Shown: one piece after another, positions 15,388 through 25,270 of the stretch
Numbering within the stretch: the stretch's first letter is position 1
How the letters are laid out: every line of letters starts with the position of its first letter
Assembly: GCA_965231045.1 (NCBI GenBank)
Contig: OZ246406.1
Span: forward strand, 386,208 to 450,207
Direction: 5' to 3'
DNA from: an uncultured Candidatus Saccharibacteria bacterium
GTDB taxonomy: Bacteria > Patescibacteriota > Saccharimonadia > Saccharimonadales > JAGQNJ01
DNA: 64,000 bases
The notes under the pieces: model-generated
Seen by the model: only the letters and a program-made list of their open reading frames with translations
Databases searched by the model: none
Told to the model about the DNA's origin: nothing
Translations under genes and position numbers: made by a program

Positions 15388-17025
15388 CTAGCTTTTTGGC
15401 AGGTGATCGTAGAGATGCTCCATGGAGTATTCTTCGCGGAGCAGTGGCTTGATGTCTTCCAGATTGACGTTAATTTTCACACCAGGATTCAGCGTGCCGT
15501 AAGGGTCAAAAATTTGTTTAATCTTGCCAAACAATTCATAGACATCATCACCATAGAGTCTTTTTAGGTATGGTGCGCGCAGTCGCCCATCACTATGTTC
15601 ACCACTAGTGCTTCCACCAAGGCTAATCACTAATGAATAGTAGTCCTCAATGATCTTGAAAACTTTCTGCCGGTCACCAACCAAACTTAGATCAAGGAAG
15701 GGCTGCATGTGCAGATTGGCATTACCAGCGTGCCCCCAAATTGCGATATTAAGGTGATATTTGTTGAAGATTTCATACACACCGTTTAGGTATTGGCTAA
15801 ACTTCTCGAGTGGAACAATACCATCCTCAATAATCGGTAGAGCTTTCATGTTGCCTTCAGTGTGCGAAATAACGGCGGCCGCACTATGTCGAATTTTCCA
15901 TAGCTTTTCCTTGGCCTCAGCTTCGGTCTCCATCTGATATTCACAATTGTGCTTTTCAAGTATTTTGATTGCTCGTTTGGACATTTTCTTGCGAGTTCGG
16001 TCGCTAACATTATCAAACTCAATCAGCACAATAAGCTTGTGGAATGGCTTATCAACTATGCCTTTGAGCTGGTTTGGATTGTGTTTGTCGATAAAGTTGA
16101 GTAGATTGTCATCGACAACTTCCAGAGCACTTGGCATCTCTGGCAAAGCCCGAAGTTCTTCAACAACTTTTTCGGCCGTATCAATGTCGTTAAACATGGC
16201 TGCGATCAAAACAGTGTCTGGATTATAGGCTTCTGTAGAAAGTGTTATTTCACTAACTATGCCTAGTGTGCCCTGTGAGCCAACAAAAAGTGGCGTTAGA
16301 TCAAAACTGCCGTCTTTGCGCTTAACATCGTAAATGTCGTAACCAGCTGAGTTCTTGGTTACATCCAAATGAATACCCTTAATAATCTCGTTATTTTCAT
16401 CAATTAGCTTGTCTAATGCTCTGTAGATTTCGCCCTCGAAACTAGACAGCCCCATCTTTTTGCTAAGTTCGCGCTTATTTAAACGACGAGTTTCAATAAC
16501 TTCCCCATTCGCCAGCACTACTCTAAGCCCCTGTACATAATCACGGGTATTACCGTACTTTATGGTTTTCTCTCCCGCGGCGTTGTTGGCTACGGCTCCG
16601 CCAAGCGTGCAAAACTCAATTGAGGAAGGGTATGGTGGCAAAAATCGGCCATGGGTGTGAAGTGTCTGCTGTAATTTTCCGTAGACTACTCCTGGTTGAA
16701 CGACCACTGTTTCCTTGCGACCATCAAGTTCCAGTAACTTATTCATATGGGCTGGTGTAACTAAAATAATTCCGCTACCAACTGCCGCCCCAGCCTGGTC
16801 ACTACCTGCACCACGAGCCGTGATCGGAATAACTCGTCCTCGCTCAGCTAGTTGCCAAGTAAACCGGGCAGTTTTACGAATGTCATTTTCGTTTTGCGGA
16901 TACACAATCATGTTTGGCATAACGGTAAAGACACCACCATCGGTCGAGAAGTATCTCCGAGCGTCATTGGAGGTCATTACCTCCCCTAATAAATGTTCCT
17001 GTAAGTAATGAGCAACTTTATTCAT
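15388..17025 (-). CDS. FAD-linked oxidase (GlcD/D-lactate dehydrogenase-like)
   Basis: 545 aa. N-terminal FAD_binding_4-like region (ITARGAGSDQAGAAVG) and C-terminal FAD-oxidase-like domain (GSTSGEHSDGRLR). Confidence 0.8.
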   Translation of the reverse strand: MNKVAHYLQEHLLGEVMTSNDARRYFSTDGGVFTVMPNMIVYPQNENDIRKTARFTWQLAERGRVIPITARGAGSDQAGAAVGSGIILVTPAHMNKLLELDGRKETVVVQPGVVYGKLQQTLHTHGRFLPPYPSSIEFCTLGGAVANNAAGEKTIKYGNTRDYVQGLRVVLANGEVIETRRLNKRELSKKMGLSSFEGEIYRALDKLIDENNEIIKGIHLDVTKNSAGYDIYDVKRKDGSFDLTPLFVGSQGTLGIVSEITLSTEAYNPDTVLIAAMFNDIDTAEKVVEELRALPEMPSALEVVDDNLLNFIDKHNPNQLKGIVDKPFHKLIVLIEFDNVSDRTRKKMSKRAIKILEKHNCEYQMETEAEAKEKLWKIRHSAAAVISHTEGNMKALPIIEDGIVPLEKFSQYLNGVYEIFNKYHLNIAIWGHAGNANLHMQPFLDLSLVGDRQKVFKIIEDYYSLVISLGGSTSGEHSDGRLRAPYLKRLYGDDVYELFGKIKQIFDPYGTLNPGVKINVNLEDIKPLLREEYSMEHLYDHLPKS

Positions 17026-17237
17026 ACACCTCTTTCATCCCATTGGTCAAAGCATAACTATCTTGTAGTTATGATAGCACAAAGATCACTGCCAATAATC
17101 AAATTCTGATTGTTTTGACAATATACATGGAATATTTAAGCCACCCTCTGTTTTATCCGGCGCAGTTTTGTAAACTCAACCTATAGTGAAAACAGATAGT
17201 CACGTGATATACTTTTAACAATAAAAAGGAAACAAAA

Positions 17238-18071
17238 ATGAATCCAAATAATAATGATCCAACCAGTACTCAGCCGGGTAGCGTATCGCCCAACACGCCT
17301 ACACAAATTCAGCAGCCACAAATCACACCACAACAACCTCAACCTACTCAGCCAGTTCAGCCCGTTCAACCTGTTGTCCCTCCTTCTCAACAAGCACCTG
17401 CTTTTGGATCACAACCTAAAAGGCACACAGCTCTTAAAGTTATTCTTATTGTTGTTGGCGTTATCATAGGGTTGTTCATCTTACTTGCCATACTTGGAGC
17501 ATTTCTTGATAAATCGGGTAATAGCTCAAGTACGGGCACTAATAAGCCAAACAACTCTAAAGCTAGCGCGTTTAGCAACTCAGAACTTTCGGACTTAAAA
17601 GCATTTGGTGACCAAGTGTTGCAGCCTATTAAGACTGGAGATTATGGTACCGCGTATGCCAATGCCTCAGACGTATTTAAGAAGGCCGTCCCACGGGGTT
17701 CAGCAAATTACAATCAAGCCTTTGGTGCTCTAAAGTTATTTCTCGTCAGCTCTGACACTGGTCAGCCAATGAAGTTGGTATATATTGGCAAGGCAAGCAC
17801 TGATAGCGATAGTGGTAAAAATGAATACAGTATACTCTATCTGATACCCGGAAAGTCGTATACGAATCCCAGTGGTCAGACTACATCTGGAGATAGTTAT
17901 ATCTCGGTTCTAGTAACTGCCGACAGAAAACACTTTGACTCAGTTCTACCAATGGCCACAGCTGACACTGCAAAAGCCGCCGCCGACCAAATGGTTGCCC
18001 CACTGGAAGCTGCTTTTAAGGTAAATTACCCGTCAGTGGCACCACGAACTACCCTTGAAGCCCAAAACTAA
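17238..18071 (+). CDS. Hypothetical bitopic membrane protein with Pro/Gln-rich N-terminus
   Basis: AAGGA SD upstream. PQ-rich cytoplasmic head, TM (ALKVILIVVGVIIGLFILLAILGAF), extracytoplasmic domain of about 170 aa. Confidence 0.55.
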   Translation: MNPNNNDPTSTQPGSVSPNTPTQIQQPQITPQQPQPTQPVQPVQPVVPPSQQAPAFGSQPKRHTALKVILIVVGVIIGLFILLAILGAFLDKSGNSSSTGTNKPNNSKASAFSNSELSDLKAFGDQVLQPIKTGDYGTAYANASDVFKKAVPRGSANYNQAFGALKLFLVSSDTGQPMKLVYIGKASTDSDSGKNEYSILYLIPGKSYTNPSGQTTSGDSYISVLVTADRKHFDSVLPMATADTAKAAADQMVAPLEAAFKVNYPSVAPRTTLEAQN

Positions 18072-18081
18072 GCAGTAAGTC

Positions 18082-18783
18082 TCACCTAATCTGGTGAATA
18101 AACTCGTTACAAAGGTTGATGAAGTTATCAAGTTGTTGTGTGCTGTTAAGTTCTCCAGGGTAATAAAAACTAACAAAGTTATTATTAAACTGTATAGCAA
18201 TATCTTGATAGCCATCAATAAGTCGCGCCATCTCATTCGGTGGAAAAAGTTCAAAAATTGTTTGATCTTGCTGCTTGGTATATATAGTAAACTTGCTTGC
18301 GAACTCAGTACCTTCTAATGAAAATCTGTCTTTTGCATTAAACGGGCTAGGTACAATCTCATATTTATTAAAGTAATTCGTCAATAACAATAAGTTTGGC
18401 AGCTGTCTTGAGGCTTGCAGCTCATATACAGTCAAACTTATCGGATAATTAATAAACTGAGTCGGGTCCGCCTTGTCTTGTACTTGTGCAATGAAGTTTA
18501 AATTAAAGAGCGAGGCTGTTGAGTTGTTGACTGGAATTGTAACTAAATTGGTGGCATTTTGTACCACACTAATTGTGTGGACAGTCCCCTTAATTTGGCG
18601 CTTATCCATTACGGGAGAGAAACCATACTGGTGGGTTGAGGCATAACCTTGCAACACACTCGTTGTTTGTGAGGTGGGCTTCATTTTATTTTTGTAGTAT
18701 TTTATTAGGAATATGATGCCTATAATAGCCGGGCCAAAAACTATAGTAATAGCGGTTATAGCAAAAAGAATAACAAAGATCAT
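18082..18783 (-). CDS. Hypothetical membrane protein (N-terminal TM)
   Basis: Likely start MIFVILFAITA at 18783, overlapping the stop of an upstream 36-codon ORF (TAATG). The tracked ORF extends to 18822 (TTG). Confidence 0.55.
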   Translation of the reverse strand: MIFVILFAITAITIVFGPAIIGIIFLIKYYKNKMKPTSQTTSVLQGYASTHQYGFSPVMDKRQIKGTVHTISVVQNATNLVTIPVNNSTASLFNLNFIAQVQDKADPTQFINYPISLTVYELQASRQLPNLLLLTNYFNKYEIVPSPFNAKDRFSLEGTEFASKFTIYTKQQDQTIFELFPPNEMARLIDGYQDIAIQFNNNFVSFYYPGELNSTQQLDNFINLCNEFIHQIR

Positions 18784-18893
18784 TACTTTTTCATGCCTTT
18801 TAGGCCCCACATTATCAGCCAAACACCAAAACCTATGGCTCCAAGGATAATAAGCGCCATTATGATAAAAATACTGATATTTACAATTGCCAT
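18783..18893 (-). CDS. Candidate 36-aa hydrophobic mini-protein
   Basis: ATG..TAA ORF MAIVNISIFIIMALIILGAIGFGVWLIMWGLKGMKK, below the track cutoff. Single TM; stop overlaps the next start. Confidence 0.35.
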   Translation of the reverse strand: MAIVNISIFIIMALIILGAIGFGVWLIMWGLKGMKK

Positions 18894-18998
18894 GTTGAAA
18901 CTATACTAAAATTCTTGTGCTATAAAAAGGATTATGAGTAGATATAACGGACTCACCTTTTAACTATTACGCAAAAAAGATACAATTATCCTTGATAT

Positions 18999-19085
18999 GG
19001 GGATGTGGCGGAATTGGTAGACGCGCTACGTTCAGGACGTAGTGAGCTTTTGCTCGTGGAGGTTCAAGTCCTCTCATCCCCACCA
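18999..19085 (+). tRNA. tRNA-Leu(CAG), CCA encoded
   Basis: Acceptor GGGGATG/CATCCCC, anticodon arm CTACG-TTCAGGA-CGTAG, long variable arm, T arm GGAGG-TTCAAGT-CCTCT. Confidence 0.9.
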
Positions 19086-20876
19086 TTAATCACTTTTGAG
19101 TTTTTCGCGGGTCATCCAGTTTTGAACATTAGTGTAGCGATCGGCTGGCGTATTCATAATCCTTGGGTTGAAATTGTAAATCGTATCTTGGCTAATGTAC
19201 AAAAATCTTGGTTGGTAGAATGCAATAGCTGGGACGTCATTGCGCCAAGCGTCAAGAAATGCTTTATATTTGACGGCTCTTAGGACTGGGTCAACACGAG
19301 CCCGACCACCTTCCAGCGATGCATCGGCCACGTTTGACTTATATTCCGAGAAGTTTAAGCGATTAGCCGAGCGTGGATCAGCCTGTGAGCTATGCCAGTA
19401 AGCAAAAACATCTGGATCAGTTCCAACAGAGATTCCGTACAATAATGCATCGTAATTATGGAAGGCAATTGTTGATTGCAAGTCACTCTCCTGTTGTAAA
19501 ATAACCTGAGCATCCACGCCTACCTCACGCCATTGACGTTGTAGAGATTGCGTAACGTAAGAATATTGGCTATTGCTCTGTGAATAAAGTTGAAAGCTTA
19601 ATTTTTTGCCGTTTTTAACACGAATACCGTCTGGTCCAACAACCCAACCAGCTTGATCCAACGTTTTTTTGGCATCATCAACGTTTGTGGAAATTTCTAC
19701 CAACGTTGGGCTATAGCCGATATCAGACTTAATAAATGGGCTGTTAGCAGATACTACCGGGTAGCCCAAGCCATTACGAATTTCTTGCTCATTAGTGGCC
19801 AGAGCTAGTGCCCGGCGAACTGTTTTGTCTTGCAAAATATCTTGAGAAGTTCGGAAGAATACCATCACCTCCCCTGTTAATGGAATGTTGTATTCCAATC
19901 GATTTGGATCCTTGGGCAAATTATCAGGCATTGTTTCTAGTCCAGCCATTGCCGAAAGCTCATCATTCTTAAATGCTTGAGTCATTCTGCCTTCATCGTG
20001 AAAGGCTCGTATAGTAAAGTGATCCAGCTTAGGAGCGCCATCATAATAGGCTGGGTTGGGAACCAGTCCAACTTGCTCTTCTCTTGTGTCTGGAGTATCA
20101 CCTCGAACTTCTACGGCGTCCCACTTAAAAGGACCGGAGCCAATTGGCTTGGCACTGTTAAAAGCAATCGAACGGAGCTGAGTGGCTGGTATATTGCTCA
20201 GTAAATGTTCAGGGACTATTCCGTTGGTTAGTGAGTGAGGAAACGATACTAAACCATGTGGCAAAGTAAAAACAATTGTTCGAGAATCTTTGGCGACAAT
20301 TTTTACACCCTGCCAGTTGGTAAAAAGCGGCGACTTAGCATCGGGGTTTTGAATCGTATTGTAAGTAAAGATTACGTCTTTGGATGTTAAATCATAACCG
20401 TCCTGCCATTTAAGGTCAGGCTTAAGGGTAATTGTAAAAGTCTCGGCCTTTGGATCGATATCAAGCCTTTCGGCAAGATCACCAACTAACTGGTTATTAC
20501 TGTCGTATTTCATGAGCCCAGAAAAAACCAATCTTGAAACAGCCGTATCAACCGAACCCGTGGCATACATCGGGTTAGCATTAGTGAACGAGCCCTTAAT
20601 ACCTTCTGTGAATACACCACCTGGGGTTGGTTGAAGTGTTAAGTATTGCTTTGAAAGTGACCTAACCTGAAGCACTACACCGCCGATTAGCAAAATTAAT
20701 AGCGCCAGCCACGCAGCAACAAATCGCCTAACACCAACCAAACGATTGAGTCGTTTGAAAAAATGTTGCTCTAAGCCTTGCTCAGCTTGAACACCAATGT
20801 TCTCTACATGTTTTTGGCTTCGCCTAAAACGTCGGCGCCATCGCAATTTAGTTTTACGGTCCACCATATATTTCAA
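19086..20876 (-). CDS. ABC transporter substrate-binding protein, family 5 (peptide/nickel type), TM-anchored
   Basis: 596 aa. Basic N-terminus plus TM, then a long periplasmic-binding-type domain. The stop codon abuts the 3' end of tRNA-Leu(CAG). Confidence 0.75.
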   Translation of the reverse strand: MKYMVDRKTKLRWRRRFRRSQKHVENIGVQAEQGLEQHFFKRLNRLVGVRRFVAAWLALLILLIGGVVLQVRSLSKQYLTLQPTPGGVFTEGIKGSFTNANPMYATGSVDTAVSRLVFSGLMKYDSNNQLVGDLAERLDIDPKAETFTITLKPDLKWQDGYDLTSKDVIFTYNTIQNPDAKSPLFTNWQGVKIVAKDSRTIVFTLPHGLVSFPHSLTNGIVPEHLLSNIPATQLRSIAFNSAKPIGSGPFKWDAVEVRGDTPDTREEQVGLVPNPAYYDGAPKLDHFTIRAFHDEGRMTQAFKNDELSAMAGLETMPDNLPKDPNRLEYNIPLTGEVMVFFRTSQDILQDKTVRRALALATNEQEIRNGLGYPVVSANSPFIKSDIGYSPTLVEISTNVDDAKKTLDQAGWVVGPDGIRVKNGKKLSFQLYSQSNSQYSYVTQSLQRQWREVGVDAQVILQQESDLQSTIAFHNYDALLYGISVGTDPDVFAYWHSSQADPRSANRLNFSEYKSNVADASLEGGRARVDPVLRAVKYKAFLDAWRNDVPAIAFYQPRFLYISQDTIYNFNPRIMNTPADRYTNVQNWMTREKLKSD

Positions 20877-20885
20877 ATACTCTTC

Positions 20886-21098
20886 TTAAGTAACGATGCC
20901 TAATATAATTGATGCAACGAAAACAAATGCTGCCACGATTGTCATCTGAAAAATCGTTTTATCTGAGCCGCGCCGTACGGTATTGACCTCTGCACCACCA
21001 CCAAAACCGGCACCAAGTGAAGCACCGCGAGTTTGAATCAAGATCAAAAACACCATAATTACTGCTGATCCGATAGTTACATAGTTATAAACTGTCAT
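20886..21098 (-). CDS. secG: Preprotein translocase subunit SecG
   Basis: 70 aa, two TM helices flanking a Gly-rich loop (LIQTRGASLGAGFGGGAE). Confidence 0.8.
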   Translation of the reverse strand: MTVYNYVTIGSAVIMVFLILIQTRGASLGAGFGGGAEVNTVRRGSDKTIFQMTIVAAFVFVASIILGIVT

Positions 21099-21469
21099 TA
21101 TTCGTCCTTTTCCTCCAACACTGTTGTCACTATATAGTTTAACAGTCCTATGATGATACCTGCAACCATGGCTGCACCAAAACCACCAAGCTTTAGTGGC
21201 TCATACAACTTACTGACCAGCCAAAGTGTAAACCCATTAATAACTACCATGAAAAGCCCGAGGCTAAAAAGCAGTGCTGGCAATGAAAACAAAACCAAGA
21301 TTGGTTTTATAAAAGTATTAATAATCGCTAGTAGAAGGCTAGCAAGTGCAATTGCTTCTATGTGACCACCGTAGGTAATACGATCACTACCCAGAACAAC
21401 CGTAGCCAACCATATACCAGCCGCACTAACGGCCCAACGAACAGCAAAGCGAACTAATGGATTTTTCAT
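21098..21469 (-). CDS. Phage-holin-IV/DUF360 (YvlD-like) membrane protein
   Basis: Four TM helices with INTFIKPILVLFSLPALLFSLGLF pattern. Likely start MKNPLVRF; the tracked GTG at 21499 lies inside the upstream gene. Confidence 0.7.
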   Translation of the reverse strand: MKNPLVRFAVRWAVSAAGIWLATVVLGSDRITYGGHIEAIALASLLLAIINTFIKPILVLFSLPALLFSLGLFMVVINGFTLWLVSKLYEPLKLGGFGAAMVAGIIIGLLNYIVTTVLEEKDE

Positions 21470-21476
21470 AATAAAC

Positions 21477-22715
21477 TTAAGCTTTATTGTACCGCGCACC
21501 TAAAGTAATCGGCAAGTCAGCACTTATAACTTTAATGCCGTCGCTCTGAATTACGACGTCGTCCTCAGTACGAATACCTATTTTTTCACTTGGAATATAT
21601 ATACCTGGTTCAACAGTCATAACCATGTTTTTTTCAAATGGTTTAGAATAATCCGCCGCATCATGTGTGTCTAGACCCATCATATGTGATGTCATGTGCG
21701 GGAAGTGTTTTCTGATATTTCGTCTGTTAATTCGCTTGATAACACCGAGTTTCTTTAGAACTTGGCCCATGTATTCCTCGACTTGTTGCTCGTATTCACG
21801 CATGGTTACACCTGGCTTAATTATGCTTTTAGCGTAATTAGAAACTTCGTTCACAGCGTCAAAAACTTCTTTTTGGCGGCGCGACATCCTTGGGCCAATC
21901 GACAAAGTCCTGGAAATATCCGCCGAATAATTACTAACCTCAGCTCCAATATCAACCAAAATAAGTTCGCCCTTGGTTAAAGGTCCATTGTTCTTCATTG
22001 GGTGGATTTGGCATGTATCTTTTCCTGTACCTACGACCGAATGAAAGGCGTTGCCGTCTGCACCACGCTTGCGAAAGCCACCGTCGATTGCCGCCTCAAT
22101 TTCATATTCGTGAGCATAGTTTTTATACCAACCCTCAACAAAAATCTCTTTCAAGGTGTCACAAGTAATATCGACTGCTCTTTGTATGGCATCAAGCTCG
22201 GGACGCTGTTTGACCATGCGCATTTGAGCCATAGTCAGCCGAATGTCATCAACCTGCATAGCCGGAACACGCCGTTTCATCTTTTGAATCATTTGTCGCC
22301 GTGCTGGATTCGCTGTAATCCCAAAATGACGATCAACCATTGGCAACAAAGTACTAACCTTTTTGGTTTTATTTAATTGCTTGGTAAGTTTTTGCCAACC
22401 TTTTCGGGAATCAAGTATCTGATCAATGCCAGATATTCTACTAAGGGATTTGTCGTTTATCTCACCATCAAAGATATCTTTTACCCAATGTCGGTTTGGC
22501 TTAATAAGATACGTCTGTCGTTCAGCAATAACCAAAACGAAGTTAGGTTCATCGATACCAGTCAAATACCAAAAATTACTATCTTGCCTAAACGGAAAAC
22601 TTGAGTCACCACTACGTTGTAGCTCGTTATTGGCTGCAATAACAATCAGCTTAGTATCAACTCTTTTTAAGAGCTCCTTGCGGTTTTGAGTAAAAAAGTC
22701 TTTAGAAAATGTCAT
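21477..22715 (-). CDS. pepP: Xaa-Pro aminopeptidase (M24B)
   Basis: 412 aa. Metal-ligand context VDIGAEVSNYSADISRT, HMTSHMMGLDTHD, TVEPGIY..IRTED. Confidence 0.85.
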   Translation of the reverse strand: MTFSKDFFTQNRKELLKRVDTKLIVIAANNELQRSGDSSFPFRQDSNFWYLTGIDEPNFVLVIAERQTYLIKPNRHWVKDIFDGEINDKSLSRISGIDQILDSRKGWQKLTKQLNKTKKVSTLLPMVDRHFGITANPARRQMIQKMKRRVPAMQVDDIRLTMAQMRMVKQRPELDAIQRAVDITCDTLKEIFVEGWYKNYAHEYEIEAAIDGGFRKRGADGNAFHSVVGTGKDTCQIHPMKNNGPLTKGELILVDIGAEVSNYSADISRTLSIGPRMSRRQKEVFDAVNEVSNYAKSIIKPGVTMREYEQQVEEYMGQVLKKLGVIKRINRRNIRKHFPHMTSHMMGLDTHDAADYSKPFEKNMVMTVEPGIYIPSEKIGIRTEDDVVIQSDGIKVISADLPITLGARYNKA

Positions 22716-22745
22716 TAATTAATGCAGTATAGCACCTTAAAATTG

Positions 22746-24254
22746 TTATGCTTTATCTTTTTTATAGGCACGAATGTATTGACGTAAAATTGTCGCCTTT
22801 TTCTCACCAATTAATTTTTCAAGCTCCATTTGACGAGCCTGCATTACACCTTTCATCGAACCAAAAGTTCTAAGTAGCTTTTTGCGAGTCGAGGGGCCGA
22901 TGGTTGGTATGTCATCCAACAAACTACTTGTCTGCCTCTGGCGCTTTAGAACCGTATGATAGCTGACTGCAAATCTATGTGATTCATCCCGTATACGTTG
23001 CAGAAGTTTCACGCTTGGATGGCTGTGGGGCAAACGAACCAATACAAACTTATCGGTTTTTGTCTGCTTTGCCTGGAGGCGATTAACTTCATCCTCATTT
23101 AAAATAACATTCGATTTTTGGGGGTCGATGACAATTTCTTCCTCTCGCTTCGCAAGACCAATCATCGGAATCTGTGAGTAACCAAGACCATCCCGGGCTG
23201 CAATAGCTGCACCCAGCTGGCCCTTACCTCCATCGATCAAAAACAAATCCGGCAAACCCCAATCCTTGACGTTTTTCTCGCTTAAACGCCGCGTGATCGC
23301 CTCATTCATATGTGCAAAGTCATCGTTGCCTAAAATTCGCATTTTGAATTTTCGGTATGAAGCTTTGTGTGGCAGGCCGTTAGTAAACACAACCATGCTA
23401 GCAACGTTGTCAGTTCCACTCATATGGCTAATATCGTAGCCCTCGATACGCCGCGGAGGTGTTACCAACCCCAATATTTCGCATAATCCAGCCAGGCCTT
23501 CGTCTTTGCTAATGTCCATAAACTCTTGATCGCTAAAGATAATCTGCTTGCCTAGACCTTTAAGGGCAAAGAGTTGATTACGCAGCTTAGCAGCTTTTTC
23601 ATAATCCTTGGTTTTTGCGGCCTGGTTCATTTCTTTTTCGATTTGCCTAACAAGTTTTACTCGCTCACCTTTTAGATACGCAATTAATTTCTTTAGCATG
23701 TTTCTGTAGTCTTCGAGATTGGTCTTGTTCTCTTCAATCCCTGGGCACAGCCCAAGATGATATTGCAAACAGGCTCGTTTAGGAATCGTCCCTGTATGTG
23801 TCGAGTAAGGAAAAGCTCTTCTAAGATAATTTAAAGCTCGCCTAACGCTATTGGCGTTAAAATATGGCCCAAAGTACATCGCATCGTCATCAAGTGGACG
23901 ACGCGTAATGGTGACAGTGGGGTGCTCACTCTTATAAGTTATACGTACATAAGCCGTACTTTTATCATCACGAAGTAAAATGTTATATCTAGGTTGGTAA
24001 CGTCGAACGAGCTCAGCCTCCAAAAATAAGGCATCCATCTCACTATCAACTGTGATCCACTCCACATCGGCAATTTCCGCCACCAAGGCTTCGGTCTTTG
24101 GGTCAAACGGTCGACTTTTTTGAAAGTACTGTCGAACTCTATTTCGTAATACTGCGGCCTTGCCAACATAAATAATCTGTCCTTTGGCATTTTTGTGTAA
24201 ATATACGCCAGGATCTTTGGGGAGCTGCTGTAACTTTTTCTCCAGATTACTCAT
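22746..24254 (-). CDS. uvrC: Excinuclease ABC subunit C (compact form)
   Basis: GIY-YIG N-terminus (PGVYLHKN..IIYVGKA), UVR-like helix, endonuclease domain, C-terminal HhH (IGPSTRKKLLRTFGS). Confidence 0.9.
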   Translation of the reverse strand: MSNLEKKLQQLPKDPGVYLHKNAKGQIIYVGKAAVLRNRVRQYFQKSRPFDPKTEALVAEIADVEWITVDSEMDALFLEAELVRRYQPRYNILLRDDKSTAYVRITYKSEHPTVTITRRPLDDDAMYFGPYFNANSVRRALNYLRRAFPYSTHTGTIPKRACLQYHLGLCPGIEENKTNLEDYRNMLKKLIAYLKGERVKLVRQIEKEMNQAAKTKDYEKAAKLRNQLFALKGLGKQIIFSDQEFMDISKDEGLAGLCEILGLVTPPRRIEGYDISHMSGTDNVASMVVFTNGLPHKASYRKFKMRILGNDDFAHMNEAITRRLSEKNVKDWGLPDLFLIDGGKGQLGAAIAARDGLGYSQIPMIGLAKREEEIVIDPQKSNVILNEDEVNRLQAKQTKTDKFVLVRLPHSHPSVKLLQRIRDESHRFAVSYHTVLKRQRQTSSLLDDIPTIGPSTRKKLLRTFGSMKGVMQARQMELEKLIGEKKATILRQYIRAYKKDKA

Positions 24255-24281
24255 GTGCTAAATATTATAGATCAAGCCGGA

Positions 24282-25175
24282 CTAAGAAACCTTGGCTGTC
24301 TGCTTCTGGCAGGCTGGCAGGTCACAAAATGTCTGCTTGGTAGCACAATCTTCGCAAACCAATACTAAACGATTACATGCGACATTGTTGCAATTAATGT
24401 AGTTACTAGTTTTGTTGCCACAGTGAATGCACTCGGCAATATCTTTGGATTTATCCGAAAATCTATGACTCATACGATCGTCAAAAATATATAGTGCACC
24501 CTCCCATAGTCCATCATCGCCAAATTTTTCACCATATTTCACAATTCCGCCATCAATTTGATATACCTCTTTGAATCCCCGCTTTTTCATAAGACTGCTG
24601 AGTACTTCACAGCGAATTCCACCCGTGCAATAGGTTACTACCGGCTTATCTTTGATATCTTGATACTTATCGCTTTCGAGTTCTTTTTTGAAGTCGCGTG
24701 TTGTTTTGGTGTCAGGTACGATGGCATTTTTGAATCTACCAACTTGAGCTTCGTAGGCATTCCGGCCGTCAAAAAATACGACTTCATCGCCACGTTCTTC
24801 AACAAGTTTATGTAACTGCTCTGGTTTTAGGTGTTTGCCACCACCCACAACACCCTTTTCATCAACCTCAATCTCATCCCCGGCGTGAAAAGTTACCAGT
24901 TCTGGACGAACCTTAACACTTAGTCGCGGAAATTCCTTACCCGTCCCATCACTCCATTTATACATAATTCCTTTGAATAGGATCGATCGATTCATTTCCC
25001 GTTTATATTCGCGCAGATTTTCGATATCACCACCAAGCGTGCCGTTAATTCCGTGTTTGCTAATAATTATGCGACCTTTTAGTTGCAAACGATTACACAG
25101 CTCTCGCTGCCAACGCATAGTTATGCTTGGATCGCTAACCGGAACAAACTTATAGTAAAGTATTACTTTTTGCAT
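24282..25175 (-). CDS. trhO: Rhodanese-domain protein, UPF0176/TrhO-like tRNA U34 hydroxylase
   Basis: Active-site loop YCTGGIRCE and Cys-rich C-terminus (CIHCGNK..CNNVACN..CEDC). Confidence 0.8.
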   Translation of the reverse strand: MQKVILYYKFVPVSDPSITMRWQRELCNRLQLKGRIIISKHGINGTLGGDIENLREYKREMNRSILFKGIMYKWSDGTGKEFPRLSVKVRPELVTFHAGDEIEVDEKGVVGGGKHLKPEQLHKLVEERGDEVVFFDGRNAYEAQVGRFKNAIVPDTKTTRDFKKELESDKYQDIKDKPVVTYCTGGIRCEVLSSLMKKRGFKEVYQIDGGIVKYGEKFGDDGLWEGALYIFDDRMSHRFSDKSKDIAECIHCGNKTSNYINCNNVACNRLVLVCEDCATKQTFCDLPACQKQTAKVS

Positions 25176-25204
25176 CGGCCTAAGTATAAAACATTACCGA
25201 TATT

Positions 25205-25234
25205 TTGTCATCTGTTGACAAGAGGTGATATAAT
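25205..25234 (+). promoter_or_regulatory. Promoter TTGTCA-18-(TGa)TATAAT with overlapping inverted repeats
   Basis: -35 at 25205..25210, extended -10 TGATATAAT ending at 25234. TGTCA-N5-TGACA (25206..25220) and GTTGACAA/TTGTCAAC (25214..25221 / 25242..25249) bracket the -10. Confidence 0.55.
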
Positions 25235-25270
25235 ATTTGAATTGTCAACTAAAGGAAAGGAGCGATAAAA

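Noticed and set aside
25215-25234. Perfect TTGACA plus TATAAT as the promoter pair
   Set aside because: The spacer is only 8 nt. TTGTCA at 25205 with an 18-nt spacer is the usable -35 element, and the TTGACA is better read as part of the inverted repeats.
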